Assembly (NCBI GenBank): GCA_964016885.1
Contig: OZ024750.1
Location: 54,312,001 to 54,376,000 of the forward strand
Source: Eledone cirrhosa
Lineage: Eukaryota
Reading direction: 5' to 3'
DNA: 64,000 bases
Shown piece by piece: positions 11,860-25,911 of the stretch. The notes under the pieces were generated by a model, which did not search any database, had not been told where the DNA came from, and worked only from the letters and a program-made list of their open reading frames with translations. Numbering within the stretch: the first letter of the stretch is position 1; every line of letters starts with the position of its first letter. A program made the translations under genes and the position numbers.

Positions 11860-14190
11860 ATCATCTCAAGCAGGTAGCAAAAAAGGCAGCGCTTGAATTT
11901 GAACAGCATGTAGCAACCAACCCTGACAGCAAAGTGTCCTGGAAATATGTACATCCAAAACAGAGACCTTACTCTCCAGTTGGTCCTCTTTGCAATCCCC
12001 ACACAACAGATTACCGACGATCCCAAAGAATGCGTAGAACTCATTGCTGAATGCTATGCAGGCATTTTTACTGTTGAAAATCAAAATGTACCATGTCCAC
12101 CACCTCTGACATTAAATTCTATAGTAATTATGGAATTTACACCTGCAATGCTACCTTAAGAATAAGCGCAACTATGCCTCTCCTGGTCTTGATGGTGTTA
12201 CTTTCTTTTGCACCAGCTTTCATTCTTCTTTCAATTCTGCCTTGACTTTGGTGTTAACCCAGAGCAGTGGAAAACTGCCAGTGTCATTCCTCTGTTCAAA
12301 AAGGGTCACCGCATGTCGCCTGTCAATTATCGCCCAGTCAGTCTTACTAGCTACATCACCAAACTGATGGAATCCTGTATCAGAGAAACACTCTGGAACT
12401 TCTGGAACTCTCACAGCCTTATTTGGCCCTCACAATTTGAATTTATCCCTAACTCCAACTGCTGTGATCAACTCATCGAGTTTCTTGAAGACATTACCCA
12501 GATCACTGATGGCGGCTCATGGGTGGATTTTATTTATCTTGACTTTGCTAAAGCTTTTAATTCTGTGCCACACTTATAGCAAAACTCTATGCAATGGGTG
12601 TGCGAGATGATCTTTATAACTGGTTGAAGTCCTTCATTCTTAGTTGAAAAGAGGTAGTCACGGTTCTAGGACAGCATTCTTCACCCTATGAGATGACATC
12701 TGATGTACTGCAGGGATCTGTTCTTGGTTCCCTTTTGTTTGTTGTATACATTAATGACATAGATGCCAACTTAAATAATGTCTCTTTGTTGCTGTAGTGG
12801 AGTCTGTGCTTTTGTACGGGTCTGAGACTTTGACACTGACCAAGAAACTCACTCAGATGGTGGATGGGTGCTACATGAGAATGCTGAGGATGGCTCTGAG
12901 CATCTAATCAGTATACACTGAGGATGAAGAACTCAGAGCTGTATGGGAGCCTCCCAAAGGTCAGCTCAAGAGTAGCACAGAGGAGACTGAGGTTAGCTGG
13001 ACATGCTCACCGACATCCAGAGTTGACACTGCACTCAGTGCTCCTGTGAGAGCCCCTGCATGGACACACTGGAAGAGGAAGACTGAGGTTAACATATGTT
13101 GATGTCCTAAGGACAGACACTGGTCTCTTGGAGACAGAACATGGCAGTAATAATGAGGGACAGAGATCGCTGGAGAGAACTCGTCCATGTATCTTGGGAA
13201 TTTTACCCGCCCTAGACAGTGCTGAAATATGCAGATGACATCAAGCTGTACCTTGAGATAAAAAGGACAGATCCTATATACTTATAGATCTTTCCTGCAA
13301 TCAAACCTGGACACAATGCAGGAATGGATTATGGCAACTCAAGCTAGCTGTAGACAAGTGAACCACCATGCATTTGGGGAGGAAAAGCCCAGTGTTCACA
13401 TGCTCACTCCACAACATCAATCTCAAGAAGTCTTCTTTTGAATGTGACCTGGGTATTATTGTCAATAGTGATTTACATTGGACAAAGAACATCTTTAAAA
13501 TTGTCAAGAAGGCCAAGGATGTCTTAGGATCACTCAGTAAGACCTTTGTCAGCCACTCTCCAGCTATCTATTTAAAGCTGTATATAGCTATGGCGCGTCC
13601 ACACATAGAATTTGCATCACCAGTCAGAAAACCCCTATCTTGCTCAGAATATTGAGTTCCTGAAAACTGTTCACAGACATGCAACCAAACAAATACCCTC
13701 CATCAGGCATCTACCATACTCTGAACGCCTTGGTTCTCTGGGCATGGATACATTAAAGCTCTGACATCTGGCAACTGACTTGGTAGACACCCACAAGATT
13801 ATTAAACATCTTTCCAACAATAACCCTGAGCACCATTTTGAATTCCATATGTCTAACACCTGTGAACATGCTTACAAGATCATGAAACATTTTTTCATGC
13901 TCAGAATTGCTGAAACATGGAACAAATTACCTGCATCAGTTGTTAGCTGTTGGGACACTGCATCCTTGAAAACTTCTATGCTTCCCGAAAATTCGCCAAC
14001 ACGACACCTGATATTCCCTCTCCATACACATGCATGCATTTATGTGTGTGTCTCTGTGTATATCATGACTCATACACTGTTCACTTTCCTGACATTTGTA
14101 CATTATTCTATATACTATACATGCACCTTTGATGAGTTATAGTGCACCTGAGCACTGTACACAATAATTTTTATTATTAATATCATTATT
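11860..14190 (+). mobile_element. CR1-group LINE relic
   Basis: WKTASVIPLFKKG..NYRPVSLTS, YLDFAKAF, QGSVLG..YIND, KYADDIKLY, RPHIEFAS and an (TTA)-rich tail. Stops and frameshifts present. Confidence 0.88.
12783..13215 (+). mobile_element. RTE-X-like LINE 3' fragment inserted in the CR1 RT
   Basis: VESVLLYGSETLTLTK..DGCYMRMLRMAL and RRLRLAGH lie between the CR1 YIND and YADD motifs. Confidence 0.75.
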
Positions 14191-15343
14191 ATAAATCCTT
14201 CCAAATTCTTGATTATTTTTTAAAATGATTAAAAAAATCATAAACTTTATCTTTCATCAGAAATATGCTAATAAAAGGGTTAAACACACTGGCTTGTGTT
14301 AAATTTAAAGTTAGTTATAGATATACAAAAAGATGGAATGGGATGGTCATGGCTGGAATGCTTTTGATCATAGATTGTCTTGATCATGGCTGATCCAGGA
14401 TTCTTTTGATACTAACTTGACCAAAACGGACTCTCGTTCTATGAAAAAAACATTAATTTTAAAGGGTTTCTATTTAGATTAAAATCTTTGGACATAATCT
14501 TATATAAGAACCATGTTAAGTTACTATCTTAGTAATGAAATAATAAAAATAATTAGTAAATCCCTCAAAATTCTTCATTAACTCTTAAGATCCTCTTATG
14601 ATTTAGTAAAAACAGGTTTGTTAATTCAAATGTATGTAGTATCATTACTAATGGACAGATCCTTGTGGAAATTTGCAGTATTAGAATTAAGGCTTTAGTC
14701 TTTCATGTGATGCAATCATAATGCTGTATTGTACTTTTCAATGCATGTGGTGCAGGGGGTTAAGAATTGATGGTGTATTTCATTAGTCATGAAAGGATTA
14801 AACAATAATAGTAGAAAACAACTTCCTAGCATTTGTTTCTATCATTTGATCCTACATAGTAACTGAACAAATCTTTTTGGAATTGAAGTCACTGCTTAGC
14901 CATCTTTGGCATTTTAATACTAAAGCTGTTTAAAAAACTCACTCTGTAATATTTAGCTATACATTGCTTAAGCTTTACTTCCTTTGGAAATCTTTTGCAG
15001 CTTCTTTTTTTAGATTTAAGCAGATTATCTTCCATGTATAATTCCTTATTTGTCCTTCATTCTCATTCCACTGTCACCAAATTTCTCCTTATCTCTCACA
15101 CAAAGAATGACTTAATTATTGACGCAGTAAGCAGTGTTCTGTGGACACCATAGATGTACTATCGAGAATATCTATTGCATTAGTGCATATTTAAGCCAAC
15201 ATTACATTGGTCATTTAAATACACTGGAAAAATATAAACAAATACCAATAGTCTCTTTATTGACAAAATGAAAAACATGGTTGATAATACATTTGCATTA
15301 TCCAAAACATGCTGTCAGCAAAGCATTATTTATGCAAGTGGAA

Positions 15344-15525
15344 TGGCAGTATCGGTAGAGGGTCAGACACAATGTTTTGACGCATGCAGTTACGGCCCTT
15401 GCCATTCTGAGTTCAAATCCCGCCGAGGTTAACTTTGCCTTTCATCCTTATGGGGGTCGATAAAATAAAGTACCAGTAATACACTGGGTAATTGCTGGCC
15501 TTGTGCCAAAAGTAAGAAACAATTA
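15344..15525 (+). mobile_element. tRNA-derived SINE (OR-like), deletion subfamily
   Basis: A-box-like tggcagtatcggtag, B-box gagttcaaatccc, and core gcctttcatcctta..ggggtcgataaaataaagtacc. Confidence 0.85.
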
Positions 15526-15591
15526 TTTATGCAAATAAGATCCTCCAACTTAATATAACCTTTAATTGTCATGATTATATATATATATATA

Positions 15592-15745
15592 CAATGATAT
15601 TAAATAAACGGAAGCTATATTTATAAAACCATATTTATTCTATTATATATATTTCAAAGGTACCAAAACTTTTGTACCCTTGAAATATATATAATAGAAT
15701 AAATATGGTTTTATAAATATAGTTTCCATTTATTTAATATCATTG
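15592..15745. repeat. Long AT-rich palindrome next to (TA)n
   Basis: Arms of about 70 bp around ggtaccaaaacttttgtacc. Confidence 0.85.
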
Positions 15746-15900
15746 AATATTATACTCCAGAAAATCTGTCGAGTGCTCTGAATCAGTTATAAACATTTAT
15801 ATTTGTTGAATTACCAACAAATTGAATATCCCTTTTGCTTATATATATAATTATATATATATATTGTTATACTTTGGGAGGGTCAATATATATATATTTA

Positions 15901-17190
15901 TTAAAATAACAGATTAAAGTTTAAGCAAAGAAATCGCTGCTTTCACCCTTAACGGGATCTTCTGAAACTAAAAAAATCAATCTGTGAACACAGAAGTAAA
16001 TATTTCGAAAAACGTTTTAGCCGAAGGAAGACAGGAAGACGATACTTTGGTTCGTGGAAACGTTCCCTGGCAAAGAACGGAAAAAAACGAAGATAATACA
16101 TCATTATTTGATGTGGTAGCTAAGTATATTTTATGTTTATACCATTACTTATTTGTATTGGTAAGTATATATTACCTGTATGTTTTGTGAAGGTACGTAT
16201 ACTTTCTCGTACGTATATTTGCTTGCATTTGTTATAGGTGTATATATTATATTATATATACTGGTACATGTGTATATGGTTATTGTGTATACGTGTATTT
16301 TGCGTCTGTGTGTGTATGCGGGTTTGCACGTATGAAGGGTGTGTGTATATGCGAACTTTGTGTTTTGGTTGACGTACGTTTAGCGAACATATATGTATTT
16401 ACCTGTAGGTAGGGGCGTGCGTTTATATACGTATATTTATATACGTTTATATAATTATATGTATACACGCACACACACACATATATATATATATTTTTTA
16501 AATATATTTTTATGTGTATTTGGTGTATACGTTTGTATGTGTGTGGGTACAGGTGTTGCGCAAGTTTTTGTATGTGTGCGCGTGTTTTTGTGTACGTGCT
16601 TGTATATGCATACCCATGGTGGGTGTTTTCGCGTATGCATGTGTATGTACGTATTTGGATGCGTGTATGTATATATTTAATTATTGTTGATTTCAATAAC
16701 CTCTGTAATTTATTTACATTATTCTTAACTCTGAAGCCGAGAATCATTCGGTTTCCTAATAGAATTTTAGTCTACGACTTCAGTTATACCATTTACGTGG
16801 TTTTGTCTTTGCGTGTATTGTTCTCACCGCTCCACATAATGACGTATTATCTTCGCTTTTATTCCGTTTATTGCCAGGGAACGTCTCCACGAACCACCTA
16901 ATAGAATATTAGTCTACAACCTCATTTATACCATAAACGTGGTTTTGTCTTTGCACGTAATTGTTTTCACCGCTCCCAAATAATGACTATTATCTTCGTT
17001 TTTTTTCCGTTCATTGCCAAGGAACATCTCCACGAACCAAAGTATCGTCTTCCTGTCTTCTTTCGTTTGCAACGTTTTTTTAAATATTTACTTCTGCGTT
17101 CACAGATTGAATTTTTTAGTTTCAAAGATCCCGTTAAGGGTGAAAGCAGCGATTCTTTGCTTAAACTTTAATCTGTTATTTTAATAAATA
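15901..17190. mobile_element. Inverted and tandem terminal-repeat structure, probably Penelope-like
   Basis: 15901-16110 is the reverse complement of about 16985-17190, and 16757-16900 is tandemly repeated at 16900-17040. The same end occurs at 3205-3320. Confidence 0.55.
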
Positions 17191-17274
17191 TTTGCTCTAC
17201 GGTTCTTATATATTTGATATATATTTATCCTTATCGAGCCCTCTTTGGATTTTAGTCTTCAAATTTATTATTAT

Positions 17275-17318
<44 letters not shown>

Positions 17319-18089
17319 CTTTTTGGACAGAAAACAAGCAGCGCTGTTTATGAGCTGACTAAAGCCAATCAAAATAATTTCTTTTTTTTCTAGCCCTGAA
17401 GTTATTATATAAACAAGTGGCACCAGCTAAATTTTGTACATATAAATTATCCAACATAAACTGTAATTAATTGATCTAGCAGCCAGCAAATTGTTATTTA
17501 TGCAAAACAGATTTTTCAGTTTAGAGACATCGTTAATATTAGAAAATATATATAAAACTTTTCCATAGACAGAAAACAGGCAGGTATATGGTCGCTAAAG
17601 AACTGTCTCAAATAAGAGGACTAAAGCATGTCAGACTGACCTCCAATTTAATCCATTGTGGCATGGTTTCTACAGCTGGAAGCCGTTCTTAACACCAACT
17701 ACCATACAGTGTGTACTGGATGTGTTTTATTGACACCAGTACTAGGGAGGTTTTCGTGTCTTTGACATAACTGAAGAGTTTTCTCTACCTTTTGTTTAGC
17801 AAGTTTTGGGTGTATTTTTCATGACACAAGCACTAAGCATGTTTTTTGTCAACATAACTGAAGAGATCTCTTGACTCTTTCTTTGAGTATATATGCAATT
17901 TCTCTATGGACAATACAAAGATTCTATAGTACATTTAACCTGAGAATTACATACAGCTTCTCTTTCTTCTATAACATTGTTCTTTCCTAACTTTCCTAAC
18001 TTACGGTACTTATCCATTCTCTTACTTCTTCAATACTATACAACATGACCAATCTAACCTTTATTTTCTTATATATGTATATTTTTTTA

Positions 18090-18611
18090 ATGTCATCATC
18101 ATCATCATCATCACTGTTTAGCATCCATTTTTCCCTGCTTGCATTGGTTCGACGGATCATTCATGCCGGGTCAGATTGACCATGCTGTACCTTACTCCAA
18201 TGAGACTGTAAATTTAGCCAGGGATTTTACAGCTGGATACCCTTCCTAACACCAACCACATTTACAGTGTGGAACTGGATGGCACCATTATGAGGAAGGA
18301 CAGGCCAGATGGTGTGCCGATCCCATCTCACAGTGGAACATGGTACTGAATGGCATCGCTATGAGGAGGGACAGGTTAGTCGGCAATGCCAAACCCTTCT
18401 CACAGAGGAACTGAATTTGGGAGTCTGGAACTGGGTGGCACCGCTGTGAGGAGGGGCAGGCCAGTTGGCCACAGCGGAACCATAGTTTTGGAGCCCGGTA
18501 CTGGATGGCACTGCTATAAGGAGGAACTGTATTTTGCGTGCCGCAACCACGCTTGCAGTGTGGAACTGGGTGGCTACGCTATGGGAAAGGACAGGCCAGC
18601 TGGCCATGCTG

Positions 18612-18612
<1 letters not shown>
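18090..18612 (-). mobile_element. RTE-family tail (minus strand) followed by degenerate ~80-bp tandem repeats
   Basis: (CAT)n, then ttttacagctggata.ccttcctaacaccaacc, then repeated gtggaactgg.tggcac..gagg.gg.caggccag. Confidence 0.65.
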
Positions 18613-18685
<73 letters not shown>

Positions 18686-18687
<2 letters not shown>

Positions 18688-21105
18688 AGGATAGTAAGTT
18701 CAAGCATATTCTACAACGGGAGGACCAAAGACATAAGGTGTTCAGGATTGCGAGGCAATGTGTCAAGGAGAACTGTGATATTGTTGGGGAGACGTGTGTC
18801 CGCAATGACGATGGTGTACTTGCCCTCACTGATAGTGATAAGAAGGTAGCTTGGAAGTGTCCCTACCAGAGACTACTAAATGTGGAGAATGAATGGAATA
18901 AAGATAGTCTGCCCCACATTGATCCAACAGAAGACCCAGCTATGCAAGTTAATAGCAGTGTAGTAAGTAAGGCAATCAAAGATATGAAGACAGGCAAGGC
19001 AGCTGGGCCTTCGGAGATAGTTGCTGAAATGTTGAAGGTATCTGGAATGGTGGGACATACTATGGTCAGCCGGATAGTAAACCAAGTAATACAGAATGGG
19101 GGTCATACCAAATGACTGGCGTAGCAGCATTATCATCAACTGTTACAAGGGCAAAGGAGACGCCCTGGATAGAGGAAACTATAGGGGTATTAAATTAGTT
19201 GACCAGGTCATGAAAGTCACAGAAAGAGTTATTACTCAACTGATTAGAGACCAAATTGATCTCGATGAAATGCAGTTTGGGTTTGTGCCAGGTAAAAGTA
19301 CCACGGATGTTCTTTTCCTTGTACGGCAATTGCAGGAGAAGTACCTGGCTAACAGTAAACCCCTCTACTTAGCTTTTGTTGACCTGGAGAAGGCCTTTGG
19401 CAGAGTCCCATGCACATTAATCTAGTGGGCTCTTAGAAAACTAGGAGTGGAAGAATGGGTTGTGAGAGTTATACAAGCCATGTATAGAGGAACAGTCAGC
19501 AAGGTTAGAATTAACGATAATAGTAGGAGTTCACCAGGGTTCCATTCTTAGCCCCAGGAGCCTCGTTTGCCTTAAAAATGTGGTGGGGACCAACCAACAT
19601 TTGTTGATTCTTAAAGGAGCATAAATTGCTTATGGTGCCTTTCCCAGACCCTATCACATAAGTAAAATTTTACGCTAATTAAATTTTATATATTCAAATG
19701 AAGTTCAAATATAAAAAAATAAGCTAAAAAGAATTTATTATATCAAATAACAAAAAATAAAATATAGACGTTTGAAAAAGTGGTACCCCCCCAGAAACAA
19801 GGCCCTTGCTTAGCCCCCTCCTATTATTGTCCTACAGGCTATAACAGAGGGGTTTAAGACTGGCTGCCCATGGGAACTTCTATATGCAGATGATCTAACT
19901 TTCATAGCTGAATCCATTGCTGAACTAGAGAGGAAGTTCCAAACATGGAAGCATGGCCTTGAATCAAAAGTCCTTAGAGTCAACTTGTCTAACACTAAGG
20001 TTCTAGTATGTAGAAAGAAGAATAGGGCACACGTACCCTCTGGGAAATGGCCATGCTCAGTTTGTAAGAAAGGAGTAGGTAGAAACTCCATTCTATGTCC
20101 CAAATGCAAACTATGGGTACATAAAAGATGTAGTGGGATCAGAGGTAAGCTATCTAAGAATGTAGATTTTATATGTGGCCAATGCTCAGGTGCAGTAAAT
20201 AGCAAGGACCCATTGGATGATATCTCCTTCAACTGCCTAGATGGTTCTATAGAAATAGTAGACACCTTCCGTTACCTGGGTGACAAAATCAGCAGTGGAG
20301 GAGGGTGCTCTGAAAGTGTAGTAACCAGAGTTAGAATGGGATAGAAAAAGTTCAGAGAGTTAATACCACCGTTGGCCACAAGGGATTTTTCTCTAAAAAT
20401 GAAAGGCAGATTGCATGATGCATGTATACGAACGGCGATATTATATGGTAGTGAGACTTGGGCATTGTGTGCTGAAGACCTGCGTAGATTAGAAGGAAAT
20501 GAAGCTTGCATGCTCCGATGTGCGCGAAAGGCGAAGCATAAACGAATTGAGCGACTAACCATAAGAAGTATCAAATGATGTGTTCTGGAGAGGAGATTGC
20601 GTTGGTATGGACATGTGGTGCGTATGAAGGACAGCTGTATAAAAAGTGCAGGGCAATGAACATTGATGGAAGCTGCGGAGTGGGTAGACCAAGAAAAACT
20701 TGGACGAGGTGATAAAACTGACCTTGCCCACCTACACCTCTCTAAGACAATGACACTGGATCGAGACCTTTGGTGCCATGCAGTAATACAGAAGACCTGA
20801 CTGCCATTGCATACAAACCTACAGTCAGTAGGCACCTCTTAACTCAATGTACACTCCACCGCCGCACCCTACCCCACCTTCCCTCGCCTGTTTCTTCCAC
20901 TGTGACAATGACACAACACTCCACACTGTAAGTCGTGTACGAGACATAGTGAAAAGGCCCCCAGTCCACACTGTAAATGTGGTTGGTGTAAAAAAAACCT
21001 GCCAGAGACACTTCCGTGCAAGCGAGACATGGTCTCCACACCATTCCCGCATCAAATGGAACAAAACCGTCTAACCCATGCTAGCGTGAAAGATGGACGT
21101 TAAAC

Positions 21106-21162
<57 letters not shown>

Positions 21163-21165
21163 ATA
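18686..21165 (+). mobile_element. RTE-clade LINE relic with PHD-finger insertion after RT
   Basis: NYRGIKL, QFGFVPGKSTTD, FVDLEKAF, GVHQGSILSP, LLYADDL, CSVC..CPKC..HKRC..CGQC, LYGSETW and a (GAT)n tail at 21106-21161. Confidence 0.92.
19555..19808. mobile_element. hAT-type MITE
   Basis: 8-bp TSD cttagccc (19547-19554 and 19809-19816). Imperfect TIRs caggagcctcgttt / aaacaaggcccttg. Confidence 0.85.
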
Positions 21166-22264
21166 TCATATGATGATGATATATCATATGTATGTGTACA
21201 ATCCAATCCAAGAAGAGAGAGAGTAGAGATTAGTTTGTGAGAATTAAATGCCAGTCGTAAGGCAGGCAGTGTGCTCAATCCGTATAGGATGCAAGACAAT
21301 TAGAGAGAGTAAAACTAGTACAAGCCAAGCATTGAATATATAGACAGAGCGTAATTATCAAAGTTATAGTAAGAGAAAATACAACCAAAGTACTTGAAAA
21401 AGTGTTTATTTGTTTCGAAGGATAAAATCACAATTCAATCTATAAACGTAGATATTACCAATATTTAAATAAATAAATCCATGTGTTAAGAGCAAATCAT
21501 GACTCAAACGTCTTCTTTGTAACTTACAAACAATTTTTTTTAATGTATCTCTTGTGGAGGAATTAAAACAAATGTGAAAAACACATCAGTAATTTTATCA
21601 GAAAAATTAAAACCCCCAGAAAAGTTCCCAAGATATTTTCTGTTGACAAAAACGCCCGCCGCCATTATAACGGATATTCAACATAACAGGATGAGATGAC
21701 TCCTACGAAAGATATGTTTAAATACACAGGCGAGCTTCAATATATGTAGATTATATATTATAATAAAAAATAGTATTAATTATATAACATTAGGCTATTA
21801 CTAAAGAATAGTGTAAGAAGTAACTAATATCCCAGGTAGCATAAATAATTTATCAATAGTGAGGTGACAGGACTCAATCAATTCAGAAATGTTAATTAAC
21901 GAAGAAAACATATATATAGAGAAACAAAAAAGTAAAAAAATGAGGGGTTAAATAAGGAATATTGAATAAAAATGTCTATATGTTCATATTTAATGACCAA
22001 TTTAAACTTATGATATACTGTAATATTCTATTAATAGACAAGGGCTTACCTAATGTGTGTGTTATGTTTAGTCAAAGGGGTGATTAAGAACCTGATTTAG
22101 TGTTGACCCAGGATAACTACTTATTAGAATTATATCATTACCCCAAGAATTAACATTATATATAATATACCATGAGAAGTAACTAAAGAAAGGGAACATA
22201 TCCCTTAATTGTAAACAAATAAACTTTTTCAAGTATTTTGATTGTATTTTCTCTTACTATAATT

Positions 22265-23335
22265 TGACAAGAAAGTAATTTCGTTTTCCCACAAATAGAT
22301 AGTTACGATTTTTAAAAATGACTTTTGTCAATGTTATGATTTTTTCCTTTTGACATTTAGAGGCAAAGTGCGCGTAATTTTGTTTACAGCTGTTAGTTCA
22401 GTGGCAATTTTAACATGGAGTGCAAAACGAACATTTTCACCATTTTTGCTGCTGAGGCTCACAAAGAGATATGTGAAGTTTATGGTGTTGATTGCTTAAC
22501 AGAACGCACATGTCAGAAATGGTTTTAAAAATTCCGTTCTGGAGATTTTTCACTCAAAGATGACCAACGTTCTGGTCGACCTACTGAAGTTGATGATGAC
22601 CGAATAAAAGCCTTAAATGAATCTGATTGTCACATAACTGTGCGAGAGATTGCAGAGAGGTTTTATCACACATAACAATTGAAAATCAAGTAAAATGTCT
22701 TGGACTCGTTAAGAAGATCGATATTTGGGTTCCACATAAATTGAAAGAGATTCACTTAACACAACGAATCAATATTTGCAATATTTCATTGCGTTTGAAA
22801 TGCATATTTGCAATATGCATTTCAAACGCAATGAAATCGACTTTTTTTTAAAACAATTCATCACTGGAGATGAAAAATGGATTGTCTACAATAACATCAA
22901 TCGAAAACGATCATAGTCCAAGTATAATGAACCAGCACAAACCACATCGAAAGCTGAATTGCATAAAAAAAAAGGTCATGCTGTCAATTTGGTGGGATTA
23001 CAAAGGTGTTGTGTATTTTGAGCTCCTTCCAAAGAACCAAACAATCTATTCAGATGTTTACTGTCAACAACTAATGAAACTGGAGGAAGCAATCAAAGAA
23101 AAACGGCCAGAATTGCCAAATCATAAAGGAATCGTGTTCCACCATGACAACGCTTGACTACATACGTCTTTGCTAACTCATGAAAAATTATTGGAGCTCA
23201 GTTGGGAAGTGATGTCACATCCACCATATAGCCCTGACCTTGCACCATCAGATTACCATTTATTTAAAAGTTTGCAAAATTCTTTGAATGGTAAAATTTT
23301 CAATAACGATGATGACTTGAAATTGCACTTGCTTC
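22265..23335 (+). mobile_element. Mariner (DD34D) transposon, pseudogenised, 3' end lost
   Basis: WVPHKL, ITGDEKW, HHDNA and HPPYSPDLAPSDYHLF motifs. Frameshifts and stops. Confidence 0.92.
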
Positions 23336-23460
23336 AGTATTAAGTAAATATCGGTATTAAGTAAATATCGGTATTAACTAAATATTAACTAATATCAGTA
23401 TTAACTAAATATCAGTATTATCTAAATATCGGTATTGCTTCAGTATTAACTAAATATCGG
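23336..23460. repeat. 17-bp tandem repeat
   Basis: Unit tattaa(g/c)taaatatc(g/a)g. Confidence 0.85.
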
Positions 23461-23855
23461 TAACATTTATCTATTATTTCTTGAAACTTACATTTTAAAC
23501 TTAGCTCCATTTAATTGATTATTTATTTAGTTAATTTCTCCGAACTAAGAAGAAAAATTAGGTAAATTTTATCTGTCTGTTCTTCAAACTTATAATTTTA
23601 TATAGCTCTGATTAATGATTATTTGTTTAATTCATTCATTGAGCCACACCGTTGACGGTAGGCTACACTCATAAATGTATCTATGCTTATGTTTAAATAT
23701 ATGTGTTTTCTCTGACTTTGTTCTAACTCCTTTATGGTTGAGTAAAATTAGACGGTAACTAACTGCTTCTTCTAGCAAAGAACTTACTGGCCACCAGTCT
23801 ACACTTCACAACACTTCTATCTTGAGCATTAGCCACGTGATAATTTCACTCCTTT

Positions 23856-25360
23856 TGTGGGGCTGCCGTCGGAGAGATTGCCGAAAGGTGAGGGACGCCT
23901 GACCAGAAGCATGAAGACGAGTGACGTCACATGAGTGTCGATGGACCACTCTCCTGCAACCTTGTGCTAGCAGTTTGTGTGGTGTGTAGACGGTGGAACG
24001 ATTCTGCCCAAAGTGATTTGAAGACACAATGTAATTCCAAATGCCTCCAGCTACAAGCTATTTTGGTGTTTAAAGAATTTTCCAATCTTTCGGCATTCTT
24101 ACTCCCGGCAACGTATTTTTTTCCCTCCTTCTTTCTTGGGGTATTTTCTGATCTCGCAAAGGAGATTGCGGCGAAATTGAGAATGAGTAGTGAGGCGATC
24201 AAAGCCTTTAACGCCGAGGAAGATGTCATCACCTGATTGAGAAAAGTGAGATTGGTTGCCACATTGCAAGGTATTGAGAATGTGGCTGGCTTAATTGCTC
24301 TTTATCTCGATGGAGATGCACTGGCATTATACCTTGAGATGGGCGAGTCAGACCAACTGAACGCAGAGAAGATAGAGCAACAGCTTAAGGAAACATTCAC
24401 TGAGAGGCCTTATGCTGCTTTCACCAAGCTAAGCAGAGTGAGATGGAAGGGAGAACACGTATTTGCAATGGAATTACAGCGGTTGGCTACGTTGGCTGGA
24501 TTCAGGGTAGACCGCGAATGTGCCGTGCAGGTGGCATTTGTGAATGGTTCCCCAATGAGATCACAGTGATGTTCCAACAGCTGCCTGGTAATGGAGCGAC
24601 GAGCAGGAGTGAACTAATTGTGCAGGCCCGCATAGTAACACATGACACGAGGTGGAATGTTGCAACACTAGCAGTGACGGAAGGTCATGGCAGTCGACAG
24701 CGATTGACGAACGATGAAAGGAGAACAGCCACTGTAAATATTCGTCCGCGTGCGTTCAGGGGCCGGTGCTTCAGGTGCCAGGGCTTGCACATGGCAAGGG
24801 ACTGCAGAGAGCCGAAGCCAGACATAACCTGCTACCGATGCAAGTGGACAGGCCACATCACCAATAATTACGACCAGGGAAATGGTCCAAGGGGGCTACT
24901 GCGTCGGCTGCCACCCCTGCAAGCGAGTAGAGGCGCCTTTGCAACAGCAGAACAGGGAGATCCACAAAGAAAAACATGCTGCTCACACCATACAGGACAA
25001 GGATTTCAGGGCTGTGTTCAATGGGCAGCAGTGGGTAGTTGAGTGGTACTGGAAGTGGGAACCACCAATGCTTAAGAATAGAGTGGGCTGTTATCAGCAT
25101 ACCCTAAAAGGAGACGCCAGAAGCGAGTTTGAGGGTGAGGTACAGAGATGGATCGATCCTGACCGGAAGCATGAGGATGAGTGACGTAACACGAGTATCG
25201 ATGGGCCACTCTCCTGCGCCCTTGTGCTAGCAGTTCACGTGGCATATAGATCTGTTGTGTGAACACAGACTGGGTTGGATGTACCGCACGTAGACGGTGG
25301 AACGACTCTGCCCATAGTGATTCAAAGACACAAGGGAAGTCCAAATGCTTCCGGCTAACT
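23856..25360 (+). mobile_element. Internally deleted Gypsy-like LTR retrotransposon (same family as 33928-38089)
   Basis: 5' LTR TG..CA at 23856-24055 and partial 3' LTR at 25158-25360. Gag with ALYLDGDAL and CFRCQGLHMARDC / CYRC knuckles. RT start DKDFRAVFNGQQWVVEW. Confidence 0.88.
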
Positions 25361-25489
25361 GAGGCAGTCCTTTGATAAGCTCAATGGCTCATGGATAATG
25401 TTCATGTCCAACGATCTTACTCATTTCCATATAGCACAAGCGAAACTGTCAGCAGTCGGGGCTAGAGGAATATCGGTAACATTTATCTG

Positions 25490-25875
25490 AAGGCCCATGG
25501 CTTAGTGGTTAGAGCATTGGGCTTGCAATCGAAAGGTTGTGAGTTCAATTCTCAGACCGGGTGATGTGTTGTTTCCTTGAGCAAGACACTTTATTTCACA
25601 TTGCTCCAGTTTACTCAGCTGTAGAAATGAGATGAAGGGGACTGAGGTCCCTATCATTCCACTGCAAAATGGTCGTGGAGGTGCCACAGCAAAAAAGCAC
25701 CCAGCCCACACTGTAAAGTGGACCTGTAGGCGCCACGGAAAAAAAATCACCCAGCACTCACTGTAAATGAGGTTGATGTTAGGAAGGGCATCCAGCTGTA
25801 GAAATCAAGCCAGAATCAGTTCCAGTCTCACCCTTGCAAGCAGGGAAAAGCGGACGTAAAATGATGATGATGAAT
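25490..25875 (+). mobile_element. tRNA-derived SINE (OK-like) with RTE-type tail
   Basis: tggcttagtggttag A-box, gagttcaatt B-box, ccttgagcaagacact core and (GAT)n tail. ttatct is duplicated on both sides; the empty site is at about 23465. Confidence 0.85.
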
Positions 25876-25911
25876 GAAATTATCTATTATTTCTTCAAAC
25901 TTACATTTTAA

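Noticed and set aside
16280-16901. Overlapping 60-155 aa ORFs
   Set aside because: They derive from degenerate TG/TA low-complexity sequence.
21300-22260. Possible decayed Penelope RT on the minus strand (also 5040-5500)
   Set aside because: Only a weak DMFP-like hint; cannot be supported without a profile search.
25495-25570. tRNA gene
   Set aside because: It is a SINE head with no proper cloverleaf, followed by the SINE core and tail.
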